Source of the DNA: an uncultured Dehalococcoidia bacterium
GTDB lineage: Bacteria > Chloroflexota > Dehalococcoidia > Lucifugimonadales > UBA1123
DNA length: 64,000 nt
Direction: 5' to 3'
Assembly (NCBI GenBank): GCA_958296105.1
Contig: OY282441.1
Coordinates: 1,813,800-1,877,799 of the forward strand
Below are positions 16,731 through 26,713 of this stretch, in pieces; position 1 is the stretch's first letter; the number at the start of each line of letters is the position of its first letter. Position numbers and translations under genes: made by a program. The notes under the pieces were generated by a model. That model did no database searches. It was not told the origin of the DNA and worked only from the letters and a program-made list of their open reading frames with translations.

Positions 16731-17930
16731 TCAGCGGATGTCCGCGGGCGTCTTTGGTCTGAAGATGCCGAACGAGCTAGTGTAGCCGTGCAGGTAGGTC
16801 GAGCCTCCGACTTGGCCTATCTCGCCGTTGCAGAAGAACCCCGCCAGCGGCATGTCCCCGATCTTGTCGCGGAACATATCGGTGTCGTGGTCGGGACGCC
16901 CGTAGAGGTACTCGCCGCGTCCGAGACACTGGAACAGCAGCGCCCCCGCGCCGGCGGTCTGAACGCCGTCTTCCGTGTACTGGTCGAGCATCGCGCTCAG
17001 ATCTTGTGAGGAAGTCTCGGAGTCACGCAGGTGGAACTGCACGATCTGCCCCTCCTTCAGAAGCTCGCCCACCGCCAGCGCGCCGCGTCGCGCGTCCAGC
17101 CCTACGATGTTCCTGATGAGGAAGTCGCCCAGCCTCGGATCGTCGTCGAGCTCGTCCATCACCACACCGAGGAACAGCGAGTGCTGCGCGAGCCGCCTGT
17201 CGCGCTCGCCGAGACTTTGGAACAGCTCGCGCAGAACCTCGAACGTGCTTCTGCCGTCCAGCTCCATCAGCATATTGCGCTCGGACGATGTTATCTGCAT
17301 CCGCTCCCCAATCGGACGGCAGCCCTGCGCCACGATGGTATCCACGGCGATGTTGCCGTGCATCGCCACCCCCACCGCGCCGGAGCGATGAGTCTTGCCG
17401 CCGACGTACAGCGCGTTGGAGCCGGGCTGCTGACCGCCGGACGCAAGCCCGCCGATCTTCGCGCTTCGCGGGAATGCGTAGTCGAAGCCCATGAGCAGAT
17501 GCTCTCCGCGCACGCTGAAGGGGTCGGACAGCAGCAGGAACTGCGGGTCGTCGTCCGAGTCTGCGCCCACCAGCTCCTTCCACTTCGAGGGCGGAGCGTC
17601 GCCGTCGGGCAGGTCTTCGTCGCTGACGTGGAACGGAGACACCACGATTTCCGGCAGCGCGGCGGCGGTGAGCGAGAAGCCCGGCCTGTTCTCGACCTCT
17701 CTGCCCGCGCCGATCACCCCTCCGCCGGAGCATCCCACGAGGACGCAGTCGCCGAGCAGCTCGCGCGCGAGGGCGGGAAGCTCTTCGTAGCGGGCGGCGT
17801 GGTGCGCCGAGACGAACGCCACGACGAGGTCGGGCTTGCGGCTGCCGAGCGCAGCCTTGATCTCGCTGGCGCACTCCGCCACCGCGTACTTGAGAAAACG
17901 GTGTTCGGATACCGCGCTTACCCACTTCAT
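16731..17930 (-). CDS. FIST N/C-domain signal-transduction protein
   Basis: ORF 16731..18188. ATG 17930 (MKWVSAVSE...) is preceded by GGAGG. PDLVVAFVSAHH...VGCSGGGVIG...FFCNGEIG is the typical FIST pattern. Confidence 0.7.
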   Translation of the reverse strand: MKWVSAVSEHRFLKYAVAECASEIKAALGSRKPDLVVAFVSAHHAARYEELPALARELLGDCVLVGCSGGGVIGAGREVENRPGFSLTAAALPEIVVSPFHVSDEDLPDGDAPPSKWKELVGADSDDDPQFLLLSDPFSVRGEHLLMGFDYAFPRSAKIGGLASGGQQPGSNALYVGGKTHRSGAVGVAMHGNIAVDTIVAQGCRPIGERMQITSSERNMLMELDGRSTFEVLRELFQSLGERDRRLAQHSLFLGVVMDELDDDPRLGDFLIRNIVGLDARRGALAVGELLKEGQIVQFHLRDSETSSQDLSAMLDQYTEDGVQTAGAGALLFQCLGRGEYLYGRPDHDTDMFRDKIGDMPLAGFFCNGEIGQVGGSTYLHGYTSSFGIFRPKTPADIR

Positions 17931-18252
17931 CGCCAGCCTCCAATCGAGATGTTCAGAGCATGTATCGCCTGTTCCCGCCATTGTAGCAGGGTGTCGGGGT
18001 CTTGACTGAGGACTTGCGCGGGCATCGACCTCGTATCGCTTCGGCGCGGAAGACCTGACGGCGGACGTGATCGAGCTTGTCGCATTCGCGCTCCACGCGC
18101 AGATCCCGATGTACCTATCGGAATGGGATTCGTATTCGATTGGGGAGAAAAATGTTTCGCGGGCGGCGGTACGCGCTGCCGCGCGCAATTCCGGCGCTCT
18201 CTTGCCGCGCTCGTGTGCTAGACTGGAACGACCTCACGGTCGAGGTCTGCAT

Positions 18253-19740
18253 TTGCTCAGTCACAGGCTATCGAACAGCCCACGTTATAAGTGGTGGGTG
18301 TTCGCCGCCGTCGGACTCGGCTCGTTCACGGGCGTTATGACCTTCGGCACGGTGAACGTGGCGCTGCCGACCATCGCCGGCTATTTCAAGACCGATCTTC
18401 CCACCGTCCAGTGGGTGGTCATAGCGCAGACGCTCACTGTCAGCGCGCTGCTGCTGCCGATGGGTCGCCTTTCCGACATGGTCGGGCGCAAGCAGGTTTA
18501 CATCGCCGGCCTGCTTCTTCTCATGGGGGCGTCTGTCTTTGCCGCCTCATCTCAGAGCGTACTCATGCTGGTCATGTCCCGCGTGGTTCAGGGGATGGGC
18601 GCAGCCATGACACAGGGCACCGGCATGGCCATGATCACGTCCGTGTTCCCAGCGAACGAGAGAGGGAAGGGCATAGGCACGCACATGAGCGTAATCGGCG
18701 CCGGAGGCATGGTCGGCCCCGTGATCGGCGGCTTGCTGGTCAGCGCTCTCGGCTGGCGCTGGGTGTTCTTGGTCAACCTGCCGCTGGCGTCCATCGCGCT
18801 GCTCGGCGCGCTTCTGCTGATGGACTCCAAGCTGTTCTTCAGAGAGCGGCGCGGGGCGCGCTTCGACTGGCAGGGCGCGGCGCTTTCCACAGCCGCGCTG
18901 GTGACGTTCCTGATGCTGATGACCAACGGCTACCGACTGGGCTGGACTTCCCCCATAATCGTATCGGCGGCGGCGCTGTTCGCGGCGCTGCTGGCGGGGT
19001 TCGTCTGGTGGGAGCTGCGCGCGTCCGCGCCGATGCTGGACATGTCGCTGTTCAGGCGGCGCGTCTTTTCGATGGGGGTACTCGCCAGCTTCGTATCGTT
19101 CCTCAGCGTGGCGTCGGTGCGCTTCATCATGCCGTTCTATCTTCAGGGGGCGCTGAGGTACGCGCCCAGACAGGTCGGGCTGATAATGCTGCCCACCGCC
19201 ATCACCATGACGATCATGGGGCCGATCGCGGGGCGGCTTTCCGACCGGTACGGCTATCGCGCCTTCAACGTGGCGGGGCTGCTGATGGCGTCGGCCGGCA
19301 TCTTCACCATCTCGCGGGTGTCGGAGGCGACCCCGCTGCCGCTGATAATCGGCGCGATGGTGGTTCAGAGCGCGGGGACGGGGCTGTTCGGCTCGCCCAA
19401 TTCGGCCTCGATCTTTGCCGCCGCGCAGGGCAACAGGCACGGCGTGGTATCGGCGCTGCTCAGCTTGGTGCGAAACTCCGCCAACGTGACGTCCATAGCG
19501 GTGGCGACGGCGGTGGTTGCCGCCACGATGGTCTCGATGGGCTACGCGCCGGACCTGGGCGGCGTGCGCGGCGACGAGGACGGAGGGGCGGTTCTCGCCT
19601 TCGTCTCCGGCATGAACGCGCTGTACAGCGCGATGGGCTGCCTGCTGCTGGCGGGCGCGGCGGCGTCTTTCCTGAAGGGGCCTGCGCCAGCCGGCGCGGG
19701 GCGAGGACGGCGGCCGGCCGGGGCGCGGGCGCGGGACTGA
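18253..19740 (+). CDS. MFS transporter, DHA2/EmrB-like (14-TMS type)
   Basis: ORF 18067..19740. GTVNVALPTIAGYF, LPMGRLSDMVGRKQVY. Many hydrophobic segments. TTG 18253 start is tentative. Confidence 0.8.
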   Translation: MLSHRLSNSPRYKWWVFAAVGLGSFTGVMTFGTVNVALPTIAGYFKTDLPTVQWVVIAQTLTVSALLLPMGRLSDMVGRKQVYIAGLLLLMGASVFAASSQSVLMLVMSRVVQGMGAAMTQGTGMAMITSVFPANERGKGIGTHMSVIGAGGMVGPVIGGLLVSALGWRWVFLVNLPLASIALLGALLLMDSKLFFRERRGARFDWQGAALSTAALVTFLMLMTNGYRLGWTSPIIVSAAALFAALLAGFVWWELRASAPMLDMSLFRRRVFSMGVLASFVSFLSVASVRFIMPFYLQGALRYAPRQVGLIMLPTAITMTIMGPIAGRLSDRYGYRAFNVAGLLMASAGIFTISRVSEATPLPLIIGAMVVQSAGTGLFGSPNSASIFAAAQGNRHGVVSALLSLVRNSANVTSIAVATAVVAATMVSMGYAPDLGGVRGDEDGGAVLAFVSGMNALYSAMGCLLLAGAAASFLKGPAPAGAGRGRRPAGARARD

Positions 19741-19744
19741 GCGG

Positions 19745-20902
19745 CTAGGCGTCGGGCAGGTCTATCGGGTTCTCGAGAGCCTCCAGTATCTCACGGGCGA
19801 CGAAACGCTGCGGTCTCATGCGACGATCCTGATGCACGATTCCCGCTTCGAGCAGACGGTCGAGGACACGCCGGGCGCCAGCGCGGGTCATGCCCAAGAC
19901 TTCTGCCGCTTGGGAGACGGTTATGATGGGACTGGCGAAAAGCTCGTCCGTGAGTCGGAAGGCGCTCCCTGAGTCTCGACGCCCCTGAAGTATCTCGCGG
20001 TACTGTTCCTGAAGTCTCTGGATTCGCCCGATTCGCGCGCGCGAATCGTGGCACTCCTCCAATAAACCCGTCAGGAAGTAAGTCAGCCAACGCTCCCAGT
20101 CACATGTGATGCTGAGGTTGAGCAGCTCGAAGTAGTATCGCTGGCGTTGGCGTTCGAAATACGCGCTCATATACAGAAGGGGCGTGGGCATAACCCCGCT
20201 GGCTATCAGGATCAGCGTAATTAGAAGGCGGCCTATCCTCCCGTTGCCATCCTCGTAGGGGTGAATAGCCTCTATCTGATAGTGCATCATCCCGCAGCGG
20301 ATCAACGGCGGGATGTACATGGTCTCATCGTTGGCGAACCGCTCCCAGTCGTAGAAAAGGTCGCGCAGGTACTCGGGCGGCGGGGGTATGAACCGCGCAT
20401 ACTCTATCGGCGAACCGGGTGAGCCAATCCAGACCTGAGCGCGCCTGAACTGGCTGGGGTGTCTATCCTGTCCGCGAACGCCCGCCATGAGTCGGGTGTG
20501 CATCTCGTTGATCAGTCTAAAAGATATCGGGAGCTGGTTGAGTCGCTCTATGCCATACTCCAGAGCTTCGACATAGTTGACCACTTCCCTGACGTCTCCG
20601 ACCGCAGATCCGCCTCTGCCAGCTTCGTAGGAGAATACGTCTGACAGTGACGCAACCGTACCCTCGATCCTCGAAGAGAGAACGGCCTCTCGTCTCAGCA
20701 GGGGACGAATCAGAAGGCGTGTATTCTGAACATTCTTGCCTTCGCCTGCCAGCGTTCCCACTGCCAGCGTTGTCCGATCCAGCAGCCATACCAAGCGCGG
20801 ACTGAGATCCATCTCCCTGGGCAGAAGGCCCGGCACGAATGCCTGCTGCCCTCGAACAGTCGGGACCAATGCGCCACATGAGCTATCCGCCAGTTTCTGC
20901 AT
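19745..20902 (-). CDS. Fic-family protein with N-terminal inhibitory helix motif and C-terminal wHTH-like tail
   Basis: Fic motif HPYEDGNGRIGRLL. Upstream SSRIEG fits the (S/T)xxxE(G/N) inhibitory motif. More AT-rich than its neighbours. Confidence 0.9.
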   Translation of the reverse strand: MQKLADSSCGALVPTVRGQQAFVPGLLPREMDLSPRLVWLLDRTTLAVGTLAGEGKNVQNTRLLIRPLLRREAVLSSRIEGTVASLSDVFSYEAGRGGSAVGDVREVVNYVEALEYGIERLNQLPISFRLINEMHTRLMAGVRGQDRHPSQFRRAQVWIGSPGSPIEYARFIPPPPEYLRDLFYDWERFANDETMYIPPLIRCGMMHYQIEAIHPYEDGNGRIGRLLITLILIASGVMPTPLLYMSAYFERQRQRYYFELLNLSITCDWERWLTYFLTGLLEECHDSRARIGRIQRLQEQYREILQGRRDSGSAFRLTDELFASPIITVSQAAEVLGMTRAGARRVLDRLLEAGIVHQDRRMRPQRFVAREILEALENPIDLPDA

Positions 20903-20956
20903 CGAATGAAACTCCAGTATCCAAACCCTGATTGTCCGATACTAATTTAGCAAATA

Positions 20957-20983
20957 GTATCATTTCCTACGTCGAAATGATAC
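20957..20983. promoter_or_regulatory. Perfect 10-bp inverted repeat GTATCATTTC-N7-GAAATGATAC in the fic / antiporter divergent intergenic region
   Basis: Read directly from the sequence. Flanked by direct repeats CCAGTATC(C/T)AAAC at 20914 and 20985. The region is AT-rich. Confidence 0.35.
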
Positions 20984-21037
20984 GCCAGTATCTAAACTCT
21001 GCGCTTTAGAAACTTTTAGGGCGGAAAGTTTCCGAAT

Positions 21038-22429
21038 ATGCCATACTGCGTCCCTAGAATCGGATGCGTGTCTGCCAGTCAGAAAGTCCCCAAACCGTTT
21101 GACCTCAGCAGCGAACGAACTGTACACTTCCAACCGTCGATTTCATCCCAAGCCTGCGCGCATGACGCTTGGAGCAATCACTTGGAAGAGCAGCTAAACA
21201 GTCGTCGGCTGTGGACAACCGTCGCGGCGTTCCTGTTGCTGGGCATCCCCGCGCTCGCGCTCGGCGCGCCACAGCTATTTGGCTCGGAGTCTCACCTCGA
21301 CCCGATAGTCGCCGTCCTCATCTTCGGCATCGGCATCGTGGCGGGCGCGTTCCTGCTGTCCTGGGCGGCCGAGGTCGCGCAGATAGACGTGTCGGCATCG
21401 CTCGCGATCGCTGTGCTGGCGCTCATCGCCATACTGCCCGAGTACGTTATCGAGTTCGTCTTGGCGCGGGACGCGGGAGCCACCTTCGATGTGGTAACGC
21501 GGGAGGTTACTCCCGAAATCTCCAGGGTTGCCGCCAACGTGACCGGGGCCAACCGGCTGCTGATCGGGCTTGGCTGGGCCGCGGTCATCCTCATCTACTG
21601 GATAAAGCGGCGTCGCGCGCTGGACATGCGCGGCGAGATGGGCTTGGAGATAACCATGCTCACCATCGCCACGCTGGCCACGCTGCTCATATTCTTCATG
21701 CAGCAGGTCCACTTCATTCTGGCGGTGGGCCTCATCGGCCTGTACGTCGCCTATCTGTGGATCAGCTCCACCAGAGAGTCGGAGGAGCCCGACCTGATTG
21801 GCGCGGCCGCGCTCATCGGGTCGCAGCCAACGGCCCGTCGCCGCGCCATCGTGATCTTCCTGTTCGTGTACTCCGCCATCGTGATCATCGCGGCGGCGGA
21901 GCCTTTCGTGCATGGTCTGATCGAAACAGGCACGCAGTTCGGCATAGACGAATTCACGCTGATTCAGTGGATCGCTCCGCTCGCTTCGGAGTCGCCGGAG
22001 ATCATCGTGGCAGTGCTGTTCAGCCTGCGCGCGAACCCGGTCGCGGGGCTGACCGCGCTGATCTCGGCCGAGGTCAACCAGCTAACGCTGCTGGTCGGAA
22101 GCATGGTCGTGGTATTCAGCGGCGCGGCCGGAGATGCGCTGCTCACACCGCTGAACTTCCCGCTGGACTGGCGACAGTCCGTTGAGTTCCTGCTGACCAC
22201 CGCCGTATCCGCCGCCGCGCTGCTGCTGATAGCCAAGCGCGTCATCAACTGGAATATAGGCGCGATCCTGCTGGTGCTGTTCATCGCGCACCTGCCGTTC
22301 CTCGAACCCAGTCAGCGGCTGCTATTCGCGTTCATCTACTTCGGAATCGCGCTCGGAGTCGTCGCGATGGATTGGCGAAGCGTCAAATTCCTGTTCCGCG
22401 AGGATCCGCAGGAGCTGGAGACGGCCTGA
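21038..22429 (+). CDS. Polytopic membrane protein, probably a CaCA (Na+/Ca2+ exchanger-type) cation antiporter
   Basis: Two internal alpha-repeat-like segments (ILPEYVIEF and LASESPEIIVAV). Highly hydrophobic. The true start is uncertain, since the first ~60 aa look non-membrane. Confidence 0.5.
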   Translation: MPYCVPRIGCVSASQKVPKPFDLSSERTVHFQPSISSQACAHDAWSNHLEEQLNSRRLWTTVAAFLLLGIPALALGAPQLFGSESHLDPIVAVLIFGIGIVAGAFLLSWAAEVAQIDVSASLAIAVLALIAILPEYVIEFVLARDAGATFDVVTREVTPEISRVAANVTGANRLLIGLGWAAVILIYWIKRRRALDMRGEMGLEITMLTIATLATLLIFFMQQVHFILAVGLIGLYVAYLWISSTRESEEPDLIGAAALIGSQPTARRRAIVIFLFVYSAIVIIAAAEPFVHGLIETGTQFGIDEFTLIQWIAPLASESPEIIVAVLFSLRANPVAGLTALISAEVNQLTLLVGSMVVVFSGAAGDALLTPLNFPLDWRQSVEFLLTTAVSAAALLLIAKRVINWNIGAILLVLFIAHLPFLEPSQRLLFAFIYFGIALGVVAMDWRSVKFLFREDPQELETA

Positions 22430-22430
22430 A

Positions 22431-23987
22431 TCAGGAGTCACCGCCGCCTATCCAATCCGCCGCCCGCTCCGCGATCATTATGGTCGTGGCGTTGGTGTTG
22501 GCGCGCACCACGTCCGGCATGATGGAAGCGTCCACCACGCGCAGCCCCTCCATGCCGTGAACCCTCAGATGCTGGTCGACCACCGCCATCTCGTCGGACG
22601 CAGGCCCCATCTTGCAGGTGCCGGATGAGTGGTGTTGAGTTCCCACGTTCGCCATCATCCACTTGTCGAGCGCCTCGTCGCTCGCCAGATCGTCCTCGGT
22701 CGGCGTGACCGGCCCCTCGATCAGCGCGGAGAGCGGCTCGCGACGGGTGAGGTCGACGCAAGCCCTCAGCCCGCCGCGCAAGCGCTCGCGGTCCCAAGGA
22801 TCCACCAGATAGCGGTAGTCCAAGTGCGGCTGGACGCGCGGGTCGCTCGATGTCAGGGTGAGACGCCCGGACGAGACGGCTTTCTGAAGCGCGCAGCTGA
22901 ACCCGGCGTATGACGCGCCTTCCGGAATATCCACGTGCGTTGGCCTATGCTCGCTCGTGAACAGGATTGGGCTCATCTGCATGTCGTTGCGGTGAGGCGA
23001 GCCGGGAGTGGTGTAGCGCATTCCCGCCTGAATGCCGGGGGTGTCCGCAGGCGGCGCGTCCACGTTGGCTTCGAAGAGCATGAAACATGCGGGATGGTCT
23101 CTGAGGTTCTCGCCCACGCCGGGCAGATCGTGGACGACCGCGATGCCCATAGATTCCAGATGGGCTGCCGGGCCGACTCCCGACAGCATGAGCAGGTGCG
23201 GAGAGTTGATCGCTCCGCCGCACAGGATGATCTCGCCGCCGCGCGCCTCGAACATCTCGCCTCCGCTCTCTGCCAAGACGCCCACGGCGCGGCTGCCCTC
23301 GAATATGACGCGGTGCGCTAGAACGTTGGCGCGCACGGTCAGGTTCAGCCTATGGCGCGCCATCGAAAGGTAGGTCAGGTTGGTACTCATTCGGACGCCG
23401 TCCACGTTGTTGAGCGGGCGCGGTCCGACGCCTTCCGACTCGGGATGGTTCTGGTCGAGCGATTCCGGATATCCGGCGGCTATGCAGGTCTCCCAGAATC
23501 GTCTGGGTATCTCGGTCATCTCCTCTTTGGAGTAGCGGCGGACGGGTATGGGGCCGTCGTCTCCGTGGAAATCGTCCGGCCCGTAGGTGAGGTCAGTCTC
23601 CGACTTTCTGAAGTACGGCAGCACGTTGACGTATGACCACTCTGGCGAGCCTAGCTCTGCCCACTCGTCATAGTCCTCCGGGATGCCCCTGAAGAACACC
23701 TGGCCGTTGATGGAGCTGGATCCGCCCGTGAGCTTGCCGCGAGGCAGCGGGAACGGCTCGCGGTCTGGGGTGGCGGTGGCTACGTAGCCCCACGTCTCCG
23801 CCTCCTCGCCGTAGGCGGCGTCCCATACGTTGTTGCCGAACTTGACGCTGTTCGGCATGTTGTCGAAGTCCGAGTAGTCCGGCCCCGCTTCGAGCAGCAG
23901 GACGGATCTATCGGGATTCTCGGTAATCCGGGACGCCAGAGCCGAGCCAGCGGAGCCGGCGCCAACGATGATGTAGTCGTACTGCAT
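22431..23987 (-). CDS. GMC-family FAD oxidoreductase (choline-dehydrogenase-like)
   Basis: ORF 22431..24005. MQYDYIIVGAGSAGSALASRITE. GGSSSINGQVF. C-terminal HHSSGTCKMG...LRVVDASIMP. ATG 23987 is preceded by AGGAG. Confidence 0.9.
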   Translation of the reverse strand: MQYDYIIVGAGSAGSALASRITENPDRSVLLLEAGPDYSDFDNMPNSVKFGNNVWDAAYGEEAETWGYVATATPDREPFPLPRGKLTGGSSSINGQVFFRGIPEDYDEWAELGSPEWSYVNVLPYFRKSETDLTYGPDDFHGDDGPIPVRRYSKEEMTEIPRRFWETCIAAGYPESLDQNHPESEGVGPRPLNNVDGVRMSTNLTYLSMARHRLNLTVRANVLAHRVIFEGSRAVGVLAESGGEMFEARGGEIILCGGAINSPHLLMLSGVGPAAHLESMGIAVVHDLPGVGENLRDHPACFMLFEANVDAPPADTPGIQAGMRYTTPGSPHRNDMQMSPILFTSEHRPTHVDIPEGASYAGFSCALQKAVSSGRLTLTSSDPRVQPHLDYRYLVDPWDRERLRGGLRACVDLTRREPLSALIEGPVTPTEDDLASDEALDKWMMANVGTQHHSSGTCKMGPASDEMAVVDQHLRVHGMEGLRVVDASIMPDVVRANTNATTIMIAERAADWIGGGDS

Positions 23988-24015
23988 GTTCGTCTCCTGT
24001 CGCACGGCTTCGAGG

Positions 24016-25656
24016 CTAAACCCGGTACTGGTCTATGCCCACTGTGGAAGCGCCCTCGCCGGTGGGCATAACCAGCGTCTTGGCGCGGTCCGCTCCCACG
24101 ACGACTATGTACCAGCGATCCACGCTTTCGAGCAGCGGCACGGTGATTTCCAGCCGCTCCCGCTCCGTCAGCCCCTTCAGCCACTGCCACTGTTGGCCTA
24201 CGCGCGCGTCGTCTATCGGCATGTACTGGATCATCTTGCCCAGACTCTGGTTGGCGTGGAAGTGGATGAGCTGCCTTGCCTCCTGTTTCGAGAAGCCCTG
24301 CCCGCCCACCGGCCGCGCCACGTCAGGCGGCATGAAGATCAGCCGCTCCGCGCCGTGGCTGCCGCCAAGCCCGTATGTGCCGAACGTGCTGCCGTAGGCG
24401 ATGGTTTTCAGCAGACCCTCGGCGCTGGTGTTGCCCTGATCCTGAACGTCCAGCTCGCCGTCGGTGATGAACACGCTTACCGCACTCTCGCCCGCGCCGA
24501 AGCCCTGATCCACGTGGAACGGCTGCCACGGGCTCATCTCCTCGTTCTCGGCGATGCAGTGGACGAACTTGCGCGTGGTGCCGATGGTGTCCATATCCAT
24601 CTGTCCCGGGTACCAGTAGCCTAGGTTGCGGAGGCACAGCGAGAAGGCGCGCCCGATGGTGATGTTCACCTCGTTATCGCGGCCGGGGCCGAGACCGGAG
24701 CGCGGGTTGATTCCGATTTCGCGCGCTATGGGGCCGTTGACGACGAGCATGGGCGCGTGCGGGCTGGTGGACATCAGCAGCGACTTGCCGCCGTGCGAGC
24801 CGACCTCGGAGAGCGCCTTGACCGCTGCGATTATCACGGGCATCTGCTCAGGCTTCGCGCCTGCCATGGCCGCGTTTATGGCGATCTTCTCCACCGTCGC
24901 CAGCCCGAACCCCGGCGGCATGTCGCACACGAGATCATCGCGGTCGAGTCCTGTTCCAGAAACCAGCTCGTCGACCGCCTCGGGCGTGGGCGGGTGCAGG
25001 ATCAGCGAATCTCCCCAGTCGCGCATCAGCCACTGCTCGTTCATCTTCAGGATAGCGTCCCAGCGGTCTTCGCCCTCGAAGCGCTCGGTGGCGGTGGTGG
25101 AGTCGCGCTCCGTCCGCCCGTGTAGCTGGTCGACGGTCAGCACCTCGATGATGTCGTCTATCGCCGCCTCGGTCTGGCTGACGCACAGGTCGGGCGCGAG
25201 GTTGCGGTAGATGCGCGGCACTATGACGAACTGGAGGTCTGGCATGGCGAAGGCGCGCGAGCTGGCGATCGCGTCCTCCTCGAAGCGTCCGGATACGATC
25301 GGAATGGCGGGCTTGCCCGTCTTTTCGATCTCGATCATGTCGTGGACCATCCACGACGCGCATGTCCCTCAATCGGCTGTTGCGCCGATGACGACGTCGC
25401 ACTCCCTCGCAGCCTGCTGGACTATCGGCGGCGGAGCAGGGTAGTTGCCGCCTGTGTAGAACCTGATCTCGACGTTGTCGAATCGCTCTTGGATCATCTC
25501 GCCCGCGCGATTCAGCGCCAAGTCGCCGCCGTGCGTGCCGCTCCACAGCAGCCCGACTGTCTTGTTGTCCAGAGTGTCGGGCCTGGGGCTGATCGTAAGA
25601 GAGTTCATCAGCCCGCGCTGCCGTCCTATCGGGTTCAGCGCTTCGAGAAGATACAT
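24016..25656 (-). CDS. Candidate selenoprotein: UGSC-like domain (motif U-G-T-C, in-frame TGA at 25369-25371) fused to a ~370-aa domain of unknown function
   Basis: ORFs 25369..25656 and 24016..25350 are in the same frame, separated only by TGA plus 6 codons. Read-through gives ...VVIGATAD-U-GTCASWMVHDMIEIEKTGKPAIPIV, parallel to the stand-alone UGSC gene at 49186. A perfect 8-bp hairpin lies 14 nt after the TGA (25339-25357). Confidence 0.6.
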
Positions 25657-25800
25657 GGGGAAGCCTCCTAGCGTGTCTTGGATGGGTTGGAATCCGAATC
25701 TCGACGGGGATTATATCCCAATTCGGCGCGGGCGGACACTTCCGCGTAATCCGAATAGCGCCAACGTGCGCGCGTTGACGGATATTCTCTCGAACGGAAG

Positions 25801-25833
25801 TCCCCTCTCCCTCGATGGGAGAGGGAGAGGGTT
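25801..25833 (+). repeat. REP-like hairpin CCCCTCTCCCTCGATGGGAGAGGG, single copy
   Basis: Same element as at 28789-29042 and (inverted) 9925. Intergenic. Confidence 0.75.
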
Positions 25834-25951
25834 ACATATCACTCACAAAATCGTTCGCGCGTTGACGAATTTTGATATTTCTGATCCGCAGACTTAAAAT
25901 GAGCGTCTCGACAGTATATGATACGCCGACGCTTGGAGATTTGCGGAAACT

Positions 25952-26713
25952 TTGGAGATGCCTGAAGCCACGCTGACATTCGAGATAGGCGGTCGAGTGG
26001 AGTTGAAAGACCTCAGCGAGGGGATAACTCTCTTCGAGCGTCTCGTGTCCAGTTTGACGCCCAGGGCAGGCGTGACTTGGGTGGTGGAAGACCTGCGGGC
26101 GGGGAGCGCCACAGCGACGCTGAGAGGCGAAGCCAACTCCCCCGCCGTCTTGGAGCGCGTCATAGCGGACTACGAGGAGATCGGGCGCTGCCTTTCGCTG
26201 AATCGAACCCCGATTCACGACAGCGAGCGGGCGGTAAAAGCCGCGCGAGATATTGCCGCGTTCGCAAACCGCCTCGAATACGTCAGGTTCGAGACGCCGA
26301 GCCAAGACTACCTGATCTACGGAAATGGGAGCGCGGACGCCGATATCCCGACTTCCCCGTTGGTCAGCGTAGGCGCGATAACCGGAAGGGTTCAGACCCT
26401 GAGCAGCCGCTCCGGGTTGAAGTTCACCATGTACGACGACGTTCTCGACAGGGCGGTCGCGTGCTACCTCGAGCAGGGTCAGGAAGACATGATGCGCGAG
26501 GCTTGGGAGGCTTGGGGCAGGCGCGCCACGGTCGCCGGAAGAGTATCGAGAAACCCCGCGACCGGCGTTCCTCTGTCCATGCGCGACATAGTGAAAGTGG
26601 ACATCTTGGAAGACGCCGCCCTCGGAACGTATCGAGAGGCGAGGGGCGCCGTTCCACTGAGACCCGGCGACATGCTGCCCGAAGAAGCCATACGCATTCT
26701 CAGAGATGCCTGA
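25952..26713 (+). CDS. Hypothetical 253-aa protein, translationally coupled upstream partner of the PIN gene
   Basis: ORF 25952..26713. Protein-like composition. Its stop overlaps the PIN start (ATGCCTGA, 8 nt). I recognise no DNA-binding antitoxin motif. Confidence 0.6.
   Translation: MEMPEATLTFEIGGRVELKDLSEGITLFERLVSSLTPRAGVTWVVEDLRAGSATATLRGEANSPAVLERVIADYEEIGRCLSLNRTPIHDSERAVKAARDIAAFANRLEYVRFETPSQDYLIYGNGSADADIPTSPLVSVGAITGRVQTLSSRSGLKFTMYDDVLDRAVACYLEQGQEDMMREAWEAWGRRATVAGRVSRNPATGVPLSMRDIVKVDILEDAALGTYREARGAVPLRPGDMLPEEAIRILRDA

Noticed and set aside
18291-19748. Long alternative-frame or antisense ORFs over transporter and enzyme genes: 18291..19748, 18547..19440, 21169..22185, 27240..28010, 27859..28608, 45094..46359, 47612..48574, 47842..48861, 57622..58923, 57876..59027.
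   Set aside because: The same reasoning applies. The overlapping frames encode clear MFS/APC/CaCA/transketolase-like proteins, whereas these read as low-complexity R/G/H/D strings.
25475-25897. 140-aa ORF crossing the REP-like hairpin (…SPLSLDGRGRGLHI…). ORF 28434..28823 is analogous.
   Set aside because: Most of the ORF lies antisense to, or beyond the end of, the UGSC-fusion gene, and the rest is translation through palindromic repeat DNA. This is a typical spurious call.
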